Positions 37,018 through 45,056 of a stretch of DNA of 61,779 nucleotides are shown here, in pieces (within the stretch, counting starts at the first letter, position 1; the number at the start of each line of letters is the position of its first letter). The notes under the pieces are model-generated. The model made no database searches and was not told the origin of the DNA. It was given only the letters and a program-made list of their open reading frames with translations. A program made the translations under genes and the position numbers. This DNA comes from a virus (lineage: Duplodnaviria > Caudoviricetes). The DNA lies in the IMG/VR virus record IMGVR_UViG_3300025030_000017, positions 1 to 61,779 of that record; one strand, 5' to 3'.

Positions 37018-37317
37018 TTAGTTTCCTCCTTTGGCTTTGACAATGGCGTCAATAGCCATATAGTAAGCGGCTGCGGCGTCTTCGTCGTCTTCGTGGAGCT
37101 CCATAAAAAGTCGGATTTCTTCGGCGACTCTCTCTAATGCCGTTAAAAGTTCCGGCGCGGCTGCTATCAACTGCGCATTTGCAAGGGCTTCCTCGTCGCC
37201 AATGTCGCGTGATACAAAATTAACTCCTGCAACAGATGACGATTTCGCATCCGAATAAATGAAGTGATTACCTGATGACGATGCTTTGATAGTCCATGGT
37301 CCTTTTGTGTGTTTCAT
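37018..37317 (-). CDS. Conserved phage hypothetical protein
   Basis: MKHTKGPW...ANAQLIAAAPELL motif common in phage early genes. Confidence 0.8.
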   Translation of the reverse strand: MKHTKGPWTIKASSSGNHFIYSDAKSSSVAGVNFVSRDIGDEEALANAQLIAAAPELLTALERVAEEIRLFMELHEDDEDAAAAYYMAIDAIVKAKGGN

Positions 37318-37640
37318 GTCAATTTCCTCCTTTAATCTGTAGTAATGCCCAAAAAAGCACGATAATTCCGCCAATGGTGATACATTCCATGTGGGTTAAT
37401 CCTCCAAAATGACGGTTTCAACCTTTAGAGGCTGCTTTGTGTAAATGACGATGGTCAAGCGGTCGCTGTCCTGGGTTGCGGTCAATAGTGCGTCACCTAA
37501 TTTGACTGTGGTAATCAAGGGCTGTGTCATTGGTCGTTGCTCCTAAAATCTGACTTCAAGAATAAGATGCCTTACGCGTGGCAGTTCTGAGCGTTTGATA
37601 TAATCCCATTTGCCGGTTATCCATTTCACGCGGATCATGT

Positions 37641-37829
37641 CTAAAGTCCTTTCTGGTTGGTGCTTAGATGTTTCTGGATTCTACGACGGCAATTCTTGCA
37701 GGTGGCTTGATTGCGGAAAATAGTATTGTCTAGCTTTGTTATTGATCCAGGGCCGTCATCGAGTTTAACGCCGCAGTACGCTTCTTGATCAGTGTAGAAT
37801 CGTTTGTAATGGATAGGTCTGTTTTTCAT
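37641..37829 (-). CDS. Small Zn-binding hypothetical protein, first gene of the early operon
   Basis: H...YCG...TCKNC; GGAGG RBS. Confidence 0.65.
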   Translation of the reverse strand: MKNRPIHYKRFYTDQEAYCGVKLDDGPGSITKLDNTIFRNQATCKNCRRRIQKHLSTNQKGL

Positions 37830-37864
37830 GGGGTTCCTCCGTGGTTGGTATATACCTTAAATGT

Positions 37865-37882
37865 AAGCATATCTTGTGCCAA
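37865..37882 (-). promoter_or_regulatory. Sigma54 (-24/-12) promoter
   Basis: TTGGCACAAGATATGCTT = GG-N10-GC, about 36 nt upstream of the first ATG of the operon. Confidence 0.7.
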
Positions 37883-37908
37883 CAAATTGAGGGATAATAT
37901 AGCAGTGT

Positions 37909-38065
37909 AATCAATGGGTTATAAATGGGGTGAATGTGAGTGTAAAGAAATCCAACACAAGTGGAAAGTATTCCACAACTTATCAAGGAGTTATCCCCAG
38001 ATAAATTGGCGTAACATGCGGATATTTAAGGAAGTCGGGAAATATTACAGAAAATCTGTGGATAA
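37909..38065. promoter_or_regulatory. Upstream control region: two IHF consensus sites, a palindrome and DnaA boxes
   Basis: AATCAATGGGTTA (37909) and TATCAAGGAGTTA (37981) match WATCAANNNNTTR; GTGGAA-AGTA-TTCCAC (37961); TGTGGATAA (38057) is a perfect DnaA box, TTATCCCCA (37991) has one mismatch. Confidence 0.55.
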
Positions 38066-38077
38066 GTGGCTATTGTG

Positions 38078-38536
38078 TCAGTCTTTTTTACACTTTCGGG
38101 CATAGTCGGCTATGATCTTGTCAAGAAATGCTTGGTCAAGGGGGGGGAGGGTTCCAGGGCGGATATAGTTTTGTAGCATGTCGCGTATTGTGGCGCTTGG
38201 CGTTTTCCCTAATAATCCAGCAATGAGGCGCAATTCCCACATGATACCAGGTGTGAGCCTTACTGATACCATTACCTCTGCTTTATCCTGGCGTTTCCTT
38301 GGGGCGATCTGCGGCCAAAATATTTCATGTGTATAAAGATACTTCCGTTCAAGCTCCCGCCTCGCCAGTATAAGGCGGGGTTGGGGGTCGATGTTCTCCA
38401 GGTCGTTCCCGTCCTGGTCGATCCAGGTAAAGCCAAGGGTGGACTCCAACAAACGTATCTCCTGCGGCTCCTGCGTTTCGCGGTCGATCAGGCTAACGGT
38501 GTATTCCATCTGTCGTGCGGAGTCGCGTTTCCCCAT
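38078..38536 (-). CDS. Protein with C-terminal ribbon-helix-helix-like segment
   Basis: VSVRLTPGIMWELRLIAGLLGKTPSATIRDMLQNYI; GGAGG RBS. Confidence 0.6.
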   Translation of the reverse strand: MGKRDSARQMEYTVSLIDRETQEPQEIRLLESTLGFTWIDQDGNDLENIDPQPRLILARRELERKYLYTHEIFWPQIAPRKRQDKAEVMVSVRLTPGIMWELRLIAGLLGKTPSATIRDMLQNYIRPGTLPPLDQAFLDKIIADYARKCKKD

Positions 38537-38552
38537 GTGCTTTATTCCTCCA

Positions 38553-38738
38553 TTAAATATCCATAGGTGTGTTCAGGTCGATCCAGGTCATTCTTCTGGC
38601 TGCTTCCAGGTCCTTTATCGTTTGTGCCGTTGTGGTGGCTGCTTCCTGCATGGCTGCTTTGCCTTCCGGAGTCTCAAGCCATGCGGCGGCTGCTGCTGCC
38701 ATTGCTTCAAGTTCATCAAGGGTGAATTCGTTTGTCAT
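38553..38738 (-). CDS. Small Ala-rich hypothetical protein
   Basis: GGAGG RBS before MTNEFTL. Confidence 0.6.
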   Translation of the reverse strand: MTNEFTLDELEAMAAAAAAWLETPEGKAAMQEAATTTAQTIKDLEAARRMTWIDLNTPMDI

Positions 38739-39456
38739 GGGTCCTCCGTCTTGGGGCTGTGTCGTCAAAAGTCGCGTTTCCCCTGTTGCCTCTTTCCCAT
38801 ACCTCAATATAGATACTCCTGAACTTTAGCCTCTGCCGTTCCCCTTGGGGGCTGTGCCATAAAAGCCTAAATCAAGGCATACTATCCCCTGTCCTACCTA
38901 CTTAAAAGCCTTCTCAGGGCAAATTTGGAGTTCAGACACATCCCGAAAACAGCCAAAAGAGCCAAAAACAGCCTTTTTATGGGAATAACAGAATACAAAC
39001 GGGAAAACAAGTGGGAAGTCGGCTGCATACAAAAGGCGCTAGAAACGAGAATGAAGAAAGGGGCGGCTCATCGTCGCGGGGTATTATGTCAAGTTCATGC
39101 GCGCGCGTCCGCTATGGTGGCCGATCTAGCTATATTCCAGAGGTGCAAATGAGGTACATCAGGAGGGGGGAAGCGTGTGGCAAGGTAGCATGGACCATCG
39201 ACAGATGTGCCAAGTGCTTAATTATCGCGTGGTTACTCCATTAACTACTTCCATTAGTTGCTCAATGTGGCCCGATCTCCCCCGTCCTGGCGGCTCCTGC
39301 TGGCCTGCTCTCTGCCCCTGCCGGCCCCACCCCCACCCCCCTAGTTGTCCCGACACATCATTTAATATGTCACCCCCTCTCTCAAGCTTGCCCCATTTTT
39401 GGAGTTTAAAACGACTCCCCCCCCCTAAAAAATTTTTCTCCCCGTTTTTTATTCTA

Positions 39457-39503
39457 TTGACTTGCTCAATCCAATTATGATAATAGTGGTAATCATTGGA
39501 TTG
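39457..39503 (+). promoter_or_regulatory. Rightward promoter with inverted repeat
   Basis: TTGACT-16-GATAAT; CAATCCAAT (39467) ... ATTGGATTG (39495). Confidence 0.55.
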
Positions 39504-39512
39504 GAGGTGGCT

Positions 39513-39635
39513 ATGAGTGAGTATGTTTGTAAGCGGTGCGGGTATGATTGGGTGAGCAGAATTAAAAAGCCTAAGTGTTGCCCCCGATGCAAAAGTTACC
39601 TGTGGGAAAAGGAGGTAGCAAATGAGTCGGTCTAG
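39513..39635 (+). CDS. 40-aa zinc-ribbon protein
   Basis: MSEYVCKRCGYDWVSRIKKPKCCPRCKSYLW; GGAGGT RBS. Confidence 0.75.
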   Translation: MSEYVCKRCGYDWVSRIKKPKCCPRCKSYLWEKEVANESV

Positions 39636-39921
39636 GCGAGTTTGGAACGAAGTGGCGTACAAGCCTGGGGTCGAAGTGACTGTTGAGCCGATAGAGGGGG
39701 CCGCGCCTTCTATAAAGTCTGCGGCTAAGACGGTGCGCGAGAATTGGCAGCGTTGTGCTGAATGTGGCAAGGAGATTTGGTCTGAGTTCGGGAAGGAATA
39801 TTATCATCTTCTTGCGTGTTCCAAGAGCAATGGGATTGGGTATTACGATGGTGAACGGACTCAGTGTTGTGGTAGGCCGATTAAGGAGCAGGAAGCGATT
39901 ATGTCGAAGGTGAAGAAATGA
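39622..39921 (+). CDS. Cys-rich hypothetical protein
   Basis: AGGAGGT RBS, CAECG. Confidence 0.65.
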   Translation: MSRSRRVWNEVAYKPGVEVTVEPIEGAAPSIKSAAKTVRENWQRCAECGKEIWSEFGKEYYHLLACSKSNGIGYYDGERTQCCGRPIKEQEAIMSKVKK

Positions 39922-40502
39922 CACGTCAAATGGCTCAAGCGCAGAATCATCCGAAAAAGGACAGCATCATAGCATCGAAGCCGATTACGGATATGGCGAG
40001 GATAGCGAAGATCAAAGCTGACTTGTCTTCTAGGCCGCGTGACTTTGCTCTGTTCACCGTGGGGGTCAACACTGCGTTTCGTGCCTCGGACCTTTTGAGC
40101 CTCAAGGTTGGCGATGTGAGGGGTGACGTTATCGAGAAGCGCGAGAAGAAGACTTCAAAGGTCAGGAAGTTTTATCTCAACAACACGATCAAGAAAGCGG
40201 TCGCGCCTTTGATCGCAGGGAGGGATGACGATGACTGGTTGTTCGTCTCTGAGCGCGGTGGTGGGCCTCTGACTGTGCCTGCGTTTTCTCAGATGGTGAA
40301 GACGTGGTGTTTCAGGGCTGGTCTTAGGGGAGGGTATTCGGCTCATTCGTTGAGAAAGACCTGGGCAAGATACCAGTACGAGGCTGGTGAATCATTGACG
40401 ATGATTTCTGATGCGTTGGGTCATGTGTCGGAGAAGGTGACGCGGGTTTATCTCGGCCTTCAGGTGGAAGATATGAAATCGATGTATATGAGGGAGATAT
40501 GA
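39918..40502 (+). CDS. Short tyrosine recombinase (catalytic domain only)
   Basis: NTAFRASDLL (R), EKKT (K), HSLRKT (HxxR), LGH, TRVY (Y); 194 aa. Confidence 0.93.
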   Translation: MTRQMAQAQNHPKKDSIIASKPITDMARIAKIKADLSSRPRDFALFTVGVNTAFRASDLLSLKVGDVRGDVIEKREKKTSKVRKFYLNNTIKKAVAPLIAGRDDDDWLFVSERGGGPLTVPAFSQMVKTWCFRAGLRGGYSAHSLRKTWARYQYEAGESLTMISDALGHVSEKVTRVYLGLQVEDMKSMYMREI

Positions 40503-40763
40503 AACTCTGCATCAAATGCGGCGGCGAGGTCAAGAGCAAGAAGGGTGTCTATTGCCCTGCGTGTCTCAAGAAGATTTGCCAGCCACGTTTCAATGGACGG
40601 CGCGGGGTTATCATGCCTGATTATAAAAGGAGGTCACTGTGAGTGTTTTTGACGTTCCTATCACCGACGAGAACAGCGAGTTCCTAGAGCGCGTTGCTAT
40701 CATCATGGAAGGTGAGAAGTGCGATGAGGCGAGGGCTGTGGAGATTGCGAAGGAGACGACAAA

Positions 40764-41090
40764 GTGACCGACTCTCCCGACCTCTACGCGATTATCGAAC
40801 TGATGGGCCGGCAGACAATAGCCGGGAAGGTGAGCGAGTACAGCCTTGGTGGGACATTTGTGCGCGTTGACGTGCCTGCTGTTGGTGGCAATGTCGGATT
40901 TACCAAACTATTCGGGGCGCAAGCGATTTACGGCACGTTTGTGGATCGGGATGTTTGTTTGGCTGCTGCTGAAAAGTTGGGTCGGGTGCCGGTGACTGTC
41001 TACGATTTAGGAGCAGTGACGGCAGAGGCGGTGAAGCAGAGGCTTTTGGAGTCAACACGTGTGGATGGCTATGACGACCCACCGTTTTAG
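40764..41090 (+). CDS. Conserved phage hypothetical protein
   Basis: AIIELMGRQTIAGKVSE...FVRVDVP. Confidence 0.75.
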   Translation: MTDSPDLYAIIELMGRQTIAGKVSEYSLGGTFVRVDVPAVGGNVGFTKLFGAQAIYGTFVDRDVCLAAAEKLGRVPVTVYDLGAVTAEAVKQRLLESTRVDGYDDPPF

Positions 41091-41115
41091 ATAACACCCG
41101 CGCTGCGGGGGAGGA

Positions 41116-41165
41116 GTCTAACGGTTTGAATTAACCCGCCTGTCGGGTTCGATGTCTGGTTATGG
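41116..41165 (-). mobile_element. attC-like site (50 bp)
   Basis: Minus strand: R'' CCATAAC, CAGAC, ATCGAACCCG-ACAGG-CGGGTTAAT, TCAAACC, R' GTTAGAC (perfect GTTRRRY). Confidence 0.75.
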
Positions 41166-41187
41166 CGCGCGGTGATCGGAGACTAAA

Positions 41188-41364
41188 ATGGATTTTACTT
41201 ATGACCAAGCAAGAGATTTATTTGAAGCATTCGGCGGGGATGAAGAAACGGTGATAACTGTAACTCTCGTAACAAATGGGCATAGTGGACCTGGCCTGTA
41301 TGCCAGCTTTACAGACTATCCCGAAGAGGGAGGCATCTTTCTTGGCGACGAAGAAGCACCATAA
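41188..41364 (+). CDS. 58-aa acidic protein forming a complete gene cassette
   Basis: MDFTYDQARDLFEAFGGDEE...YPEEGGIFLG; GGAG RBS; flanked by two attC-like sites. Confidence 0.75.
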   Translation: MDFTYDQARDLFEAFGGDEETVITVTLVTNGHSGPGLYASFTDYPEEGGIFLGDEEAP

Positions 41365-41406
41365 CCAACAAGCTCACCGGCTCGTCCGGTGCAGCGGGAG
41401 TTCCGC
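41359..41406 (-). mobile_element. attC-like site (48 bp)
   Basis: Minus strand: R'' GCGGAAC, GCTGCACCGG-ACGAG-CCGGTGAGC, TTGTTG, R' GTTATGG. Confidence 0.72.
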
Positions 41407-41448
41407 CGCCATCTGCGCGGCCATAACGAGGATGATTGGCGAGGAGGA

Positions 41449-41628
41449 ATGATGACTATAACGATACCAATCCTGGGGATGCTGTCTTGTATCACCGGGC
41501 TAGCTTATCTTAAATGGCAGAGGACAATAGACCCAAAGTGGCGCGATGTGTGGTTTAGAGTGGCGCTTATAACAGCTTACTTCATAAACTTTTTCGTGCT
41601 GATACTAATGCTAAAGGAGACACCATGA
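41449..41628 (+). CDS. Small two-TM membrane protein
   Basis: GAGGAGG RBS; two hydrophobic helices. Confidence 0.6.
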   Translation: MMTITIPILGMLSCITGLAYLKWQRTIDPKWRDVWFRVALITAYFINFFVLILMLKETP

Positions 41629-41894
41629 AAAAGCTACTGGTAGCGGTAATGATGCTATGGTCGGGGGTGGCGTGGGGGTACGACCTGCCAAAAGAGATGA
41701 ATAAAACATTTGAGCTTACACGGACTTCATTCTTTGAGCTGGGTTTCTATAACGGGGCGCTTTGTGCCGTCAAGGCCACGAACAAGTACAAAGAATTGGT
41801 GGATAAGGGGCAAATCTCCGGGGCCAATGATTGGCTAGAACAACAGTTGAACCTATGCCTGAAAAAAGCCAAGAAAAAACACGACATTAAATAG
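41625..41894 (+). CDS. Secreted hypothetical protein
   Basis: Signal peptide MKKLLVAVMMLWSGVAWG. Confidence 0.7.
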   Translation: MKKLLVAVMMLWSGVAWGYDLPKEMNKTFELTRTSFFELGFYNGALCAVKATNKYKELVDKGQISGANDWLEQQLNLCLKKAKKKHDIK

Positions 41895-41902
41895 GAGGCC
41901 CC

Positions 41903-42166
41903 ATGAGCGAAAATAGCGACCTGCGGGAGAGGGCGAGGGAGGTACTAACCCGGCTCGATACTTGGTCCTACGTTGACGGTATAAACGTAGCCACTCAAGT
42001 AGTATACGACGCTGAAGATATAATTCAAAATCTTCTAAAAGCCCTTGACGCCACCGAGCGGGAGGAAAGGGAGCGGTGCGCGTATCTATCTGAGAAGCAT
42101 GGATGTTGGACCTTTGACTGCGGGGATAAGATTGCTGCCGCCATCCGGCGCGAAGGGGGGAAGTGA
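41903..42166 (+). CDS. Hypothetical phage protein
   Basis: EERERCA...IAAAIR motif; AGGAGG RBS. Confidence 0.7.
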   Translation: MSENSDLRERAREVLTRLDTWSYVDGINVATQVVYDAEDIIQNLLKALDATEREERERCAYLSEKHGCWTFDCGDKIAAAIRREGGK

Positions 42167-42603
42167 TGAGTACCAGCTTAAAAATGGATCACACGCAATT
42201 GAGGATTGATTTACTGATGCACGAACTCGCCACCCTCCGCGCCAGATTGGATAAACCTATTACTTTCTGCCCCGAGTGCGGCTGCTCTGACATTGTAGAA
42301 CTGCACTTCGCACAAAGGACGGAAAAGGGACATAGCTACTGCATCCGTTGCAAACAGGAACTTTTCAAAGGCGTTGACTACTCAGAGGTTATTGCTGCGA
42401 ATATTGAATCCCTTCGCGCCGCCCTTGCCGAGATGACGGAGAGGGCGAGGAAGTTGGGGGAGGCGGTGCTTGAGGATCACTCGAAAGATTGTAAGCACTG
42501 CTCACTGGCAACCGATAATGAAGCCAACTGCAACGAGCTTCGAAAACGGCCAACGTGCTGCGACTGCCCCGCCTGCACAAGAGCGCGGGAGGTCGTTAAG
42601 TGA
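42163..42603 (+). CDS. Cys-rich hypothetical protein
   Basis: CPECG, CIRC, CKHC, CDCPAC. Confidence 0.65.
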   Translation: MMSTSLKMDHTQLRIDLLMHELATLRARLDKPITFCPECGCSDIVELHFAQRTEKGHSYCIRCKQELFKGVDYSEVIAANIESLRAALAEMTERARKLGEAVLEDHSKDCKHCSLATDNEANCNELRKRPTCCDCPACTRAREVVK

Positions 42604-42861
42604 GCGACATTGTCTACTCGCGTTCGTACTGATGACGGCGGCGAACTGGAAAGTAAAAACTCCGCGTGACAAGAACTTTCTCCTGTGGCTCTTAACTCAG
42701 GAATGCGAGTTGCGAGGCCGTGGGCCGTGCATGGGGCAGAAGATTTATCATCATACCTCGACAGGTGGCACGTCGTTGACTGTATGATTTTTTACTTGAT
42801 TTGTAATACTGTCACAGTATATTCTGCGCACAGATTGCATTTTGCTATATAGGAGAATCTC

Positions 42862-42996
42862 TTGAACAGAACAATCAGCATCCCAAAGCAGTGTGATGAT
42901 AAATTGGTGAAAGAGAAAAAAGAAACTGGCCTTACGATTTCCGAAATTATCCGTCGGGCGCTCGACAACTATTTTCACGAACGGAGCAAAGCATGA
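42862..42996 (+). CDS. 44-aa ribbon-helix-helix (CopG/Arc-like) regulator, copy 1
   Basis: TTG start after AGGAG; MNRTISIPKQCDDKLVKEKKETGLTISEIIRRALDNYF; promoter TTGATT-16-TATATT at 42796. Confidence 0.8.
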   Translation: MNRTISIPKQCDDKLVKEKKETGLTISEIIRRALDNYFHERSKA

Positions 42997-43586
42997 TCGG
43001 GCGGAGATTCCATCGTCTTGTAGTGGTGTCTAAAGCTGAACCAGAAAAGCAGAGAACAAGATGGAATTGCGTTTGTGATTGCGGGAAAGACCATATAGTT
43101 AAAAGTAAGTACTTGTTAAACGGTGAGGTCAAGTCATGTGGATGTTTAAAGTACGACGCCACAGCAAACCAGACGCATGGAATGAGCAATTCTCCAATTT
43201 ACCATGTGTGGTTTCAGATGAAACAACGATGCAATAATGTCAATAATACTGATTATTTTCTTTACGGTGGCAGAGGAATTACGGTTTGTGATAGGTGGAG
43301 TAAGTCGTTTGAAAATTTCTTCGAGGATATGGCTCCAGGCTACAGTAAGGGGTTATCACTAGATAGAATAAACAATGACAAGGATTATTCTCCAGAAAAC
43401 TGCCAGTGGGCAACACTCGAAACTCAAGCGAACAATCGCAGAAATAATGCCGTTATTGTGATGGACGGTGTGTCCAAGACTATGGCCCAATGGTCACGGC
43501 ACCTTGGCATTAATTATTCCACCATAAGAAACAGGTGGAGAGTTGGCTTAACTCCAGAAAAAATCTTATGCAAAAAGGTGAGATAA
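42993..43586 (+). CDS. Free-standing HNH-type endonuclease
   Basis: WNCVCDCG, KSCGC, MKQRC, YGGRGITVC, SLDRINNDKDYSPENCQWA...QANN. Confidence 0.88.
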   Translation: MIGRRFHRLVVVSKAEPEKQRTRWNCVCDCGKDHIVKSKYLLNGEVKSCGCLKYDATANQTHGMSNSPIYHVWFQMKQRCNNVNNTDYFLYGGRGITVCDRWSKSFENFFEDMAPGYSKGLSLDRINNDKDYSPENCQWATLETQANNRRNNAVIVMDGVSKTMAQWSRHLGINYSTIRNRWRVGLTPEKILCKKVR

Positions 43587-43912
43587 TGAGCCAACCGAAA
43601 TATTTAGCTGACCTCCGAAAACCCCACACACCTCGGGACAAGAAGTATCTTTCATGGATACGAAAACAACCATGTATCAGAGGACATCAAGCACCTTCAA
43701 TACCTCACCATGAAGGGGATAGAGGCATGGGTATTAAAGCCAGCGACTACAGCACGTTGCCAATGTGCCACCGCTGCCATATGGAAAGGCATCGGGTCGG
43801 GAAAAATATCTACAATTTATGGAACATTGACTTTGAAGCAATTATTGCCCGAAACAAAATACAGTACGAAACGCAAACTGGCAGAAAAATTCTTGACAAT
43901 TCCAAAAAATGA
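43586..43912 (+). CDS. DUF968/HNHc-like putative nuclease
   Basis: KYLSWIRKQPC, PHH, GMGIKASD, LPMCHRCH. Confidence 0.75.
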   Translation: MSQPKYLADLRKPHTPRDKKYLSWIRKQPCIRGHQAPSIPHHEGDRGMGIKASDYSTLPMCHRCHMERHRVGKNIYNLWNIDFEAIIARNKIQYETQTGRKILDNSKK

Positions 43913-43928
43913 GGGGGAGAGTATCGTT

Positions 43929-44138
43929 ATGGCAAAGTTACCACATCAACTTAGAGTCATTGAAGAACGCCAAGAACTTGACGAGAAGCGACAGAAGTTG
44001 ACCGCGTTTATTGGTGGCGAACTGTACCGGAAACTTGACAACATGGAGCAGTCGCGGCTAAACCGGCAGTTGGAAGCAATGACGCTGTACTCGAACATTC
44101 TTGTCGAACGTATCGCTGCATTCGGGGAGGACGAATGA
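43929..44138 (+). CDS. Small coiled-coil phage protein (crAss001_48-like)
   Basis: HQLRVIEERQELDEK..KLTAFI...Q..AM..YSNILVERI. Confidence 0.75.
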   Translation: MAKLPHQLRVIEERQELDEKRQKLTAFIGGELYRKLDNMEQSRLNRQLEAMTLYSNILVERIAAFGEDE

Positions 44139-44488
44139 GCACACACAACTGTACCAAGCAAACTAACACTGTCTGCGGTAACTGCGGCGATTGTAAACCG
44201 AAAAAGTTTGACATCCCGGCAGAAGAAGTCGAAACCCTATCCGGCTTTGAAGCACTAAAAGCCCTACCGATGGAACAGCGACTCGTCTTCCTCCTTCAGA
44301 CCTTGGACAGACTGATGAAGTCGAATCTCTCGAAGCAGAAGCATCCGGCGCTGACGAGAAGCCAGATGGACGAGAATCACGAGAGACATGGGGCGGCGAA
44401 AGCGTATCAGGACACGTCGAAATTCGTCACCGGGCTGTTCGGGGAAGAACTGAGGGCGCTGTTGATACCGAAGGAGGAACTGCATTGA
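44135..44488 (+). CDS. Hypothetical protein
   Basis: 117-aa ORF, translationally coupled. Confidence 0.65.
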   Translation: MSTHNCTKQTNTVCGNCGDCKPKKFDIPAEEVETLSGFEALKALPMEQRLVFLLQTLDRLMKSNLSKQKHPALTRSQMDENHERHGAAKAYQDTSKFVTGLFGEELRALLIPKEELH

Positions 44489-44745
44489 CTTTCCGACCGA
44501 ATGAACTTGCTGAAAAACGCGCTAATGAATCAGATGATTGCCGCAAATGGACCCCAAGAGACGCGCTACTCGCCTGTCTCAGAGACTTGGAAAACGGCGA
44601 GATTAACCCTGAACGGCTGGTGATAAGTTATACCGTCCGTGTAGACGAAACCTCTGTTGATTACAACTTCTACGCCGCGAACGTGACGACGATGGAACAC
44701 GCGGGACTTCTTGCAATGCAATTACATAGAGTAACTGGGAGGTAA
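44485..44745 (+). CDS. Hypothetical protein
   Basis: WTPRDAL motif; GGAGG RBS. Confidence 0.65.
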   Translation: MTFRPNELAEKRANESDDCRKWTPRDALLACLRDLENGEINPERLVISYTVRVDETSVDYNFYAANVTTMEHAGLLAMQLHRVTGR

Positions 44746-44747
44746 CA

Positions 44748-45056
44748 GTGGCAACTCAAGCCGGCGAGATCGAGCACGATTCTTCATGGGTGAATTTCTA
44801 CCGTCTCTACAAACTTCACAAACCCGATGGCACGGTCAACGAGTTCAAACAGTGGATGGCGTCTTTAGGAGAGTTGCAGAAAACGATCAAGGAATGCCCC
44901 TGGTGCAAAGGATTACCGGCTCTGAGGGTGCATCCGAGTGACGAGCAGCTAGTCTATGGGGTCGGTTGCGAAAACGATTTCTGCGCGGTAAATCCTGAAC
45001 TTAACGAGGTCTTTGACAATCCTGAAGAAGCTATCTTGGAGTGGAACAATGTCTGA
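44748..45056 (+). CDS. Lar-like (restriction alleviation family) Zn-finger protein
   Basis: IKECPWC...VGCENDFC...EEAILEWN. Confidence 0.5.
   Translation: MATQAGEIEHDSSWVNFYRLYKLHKPDGTVNEFKQWMASLGELQKTIKECPWCKGLPALRVHPSDEQLVYGVGCENDFCAVNPELNEVFDNPEEAILEWNNV

Noticed and set aside
38925-39770. ORFs called in the divergent intergenic region
   Set aside because: Low-complexity translations of C/G tracts without RBS; treated as non-coding
39918-40502. Calling the recombinase an integron integrase IntI
   Set aside because: Too short and lacks the IntI-specific insertion; no attI identified
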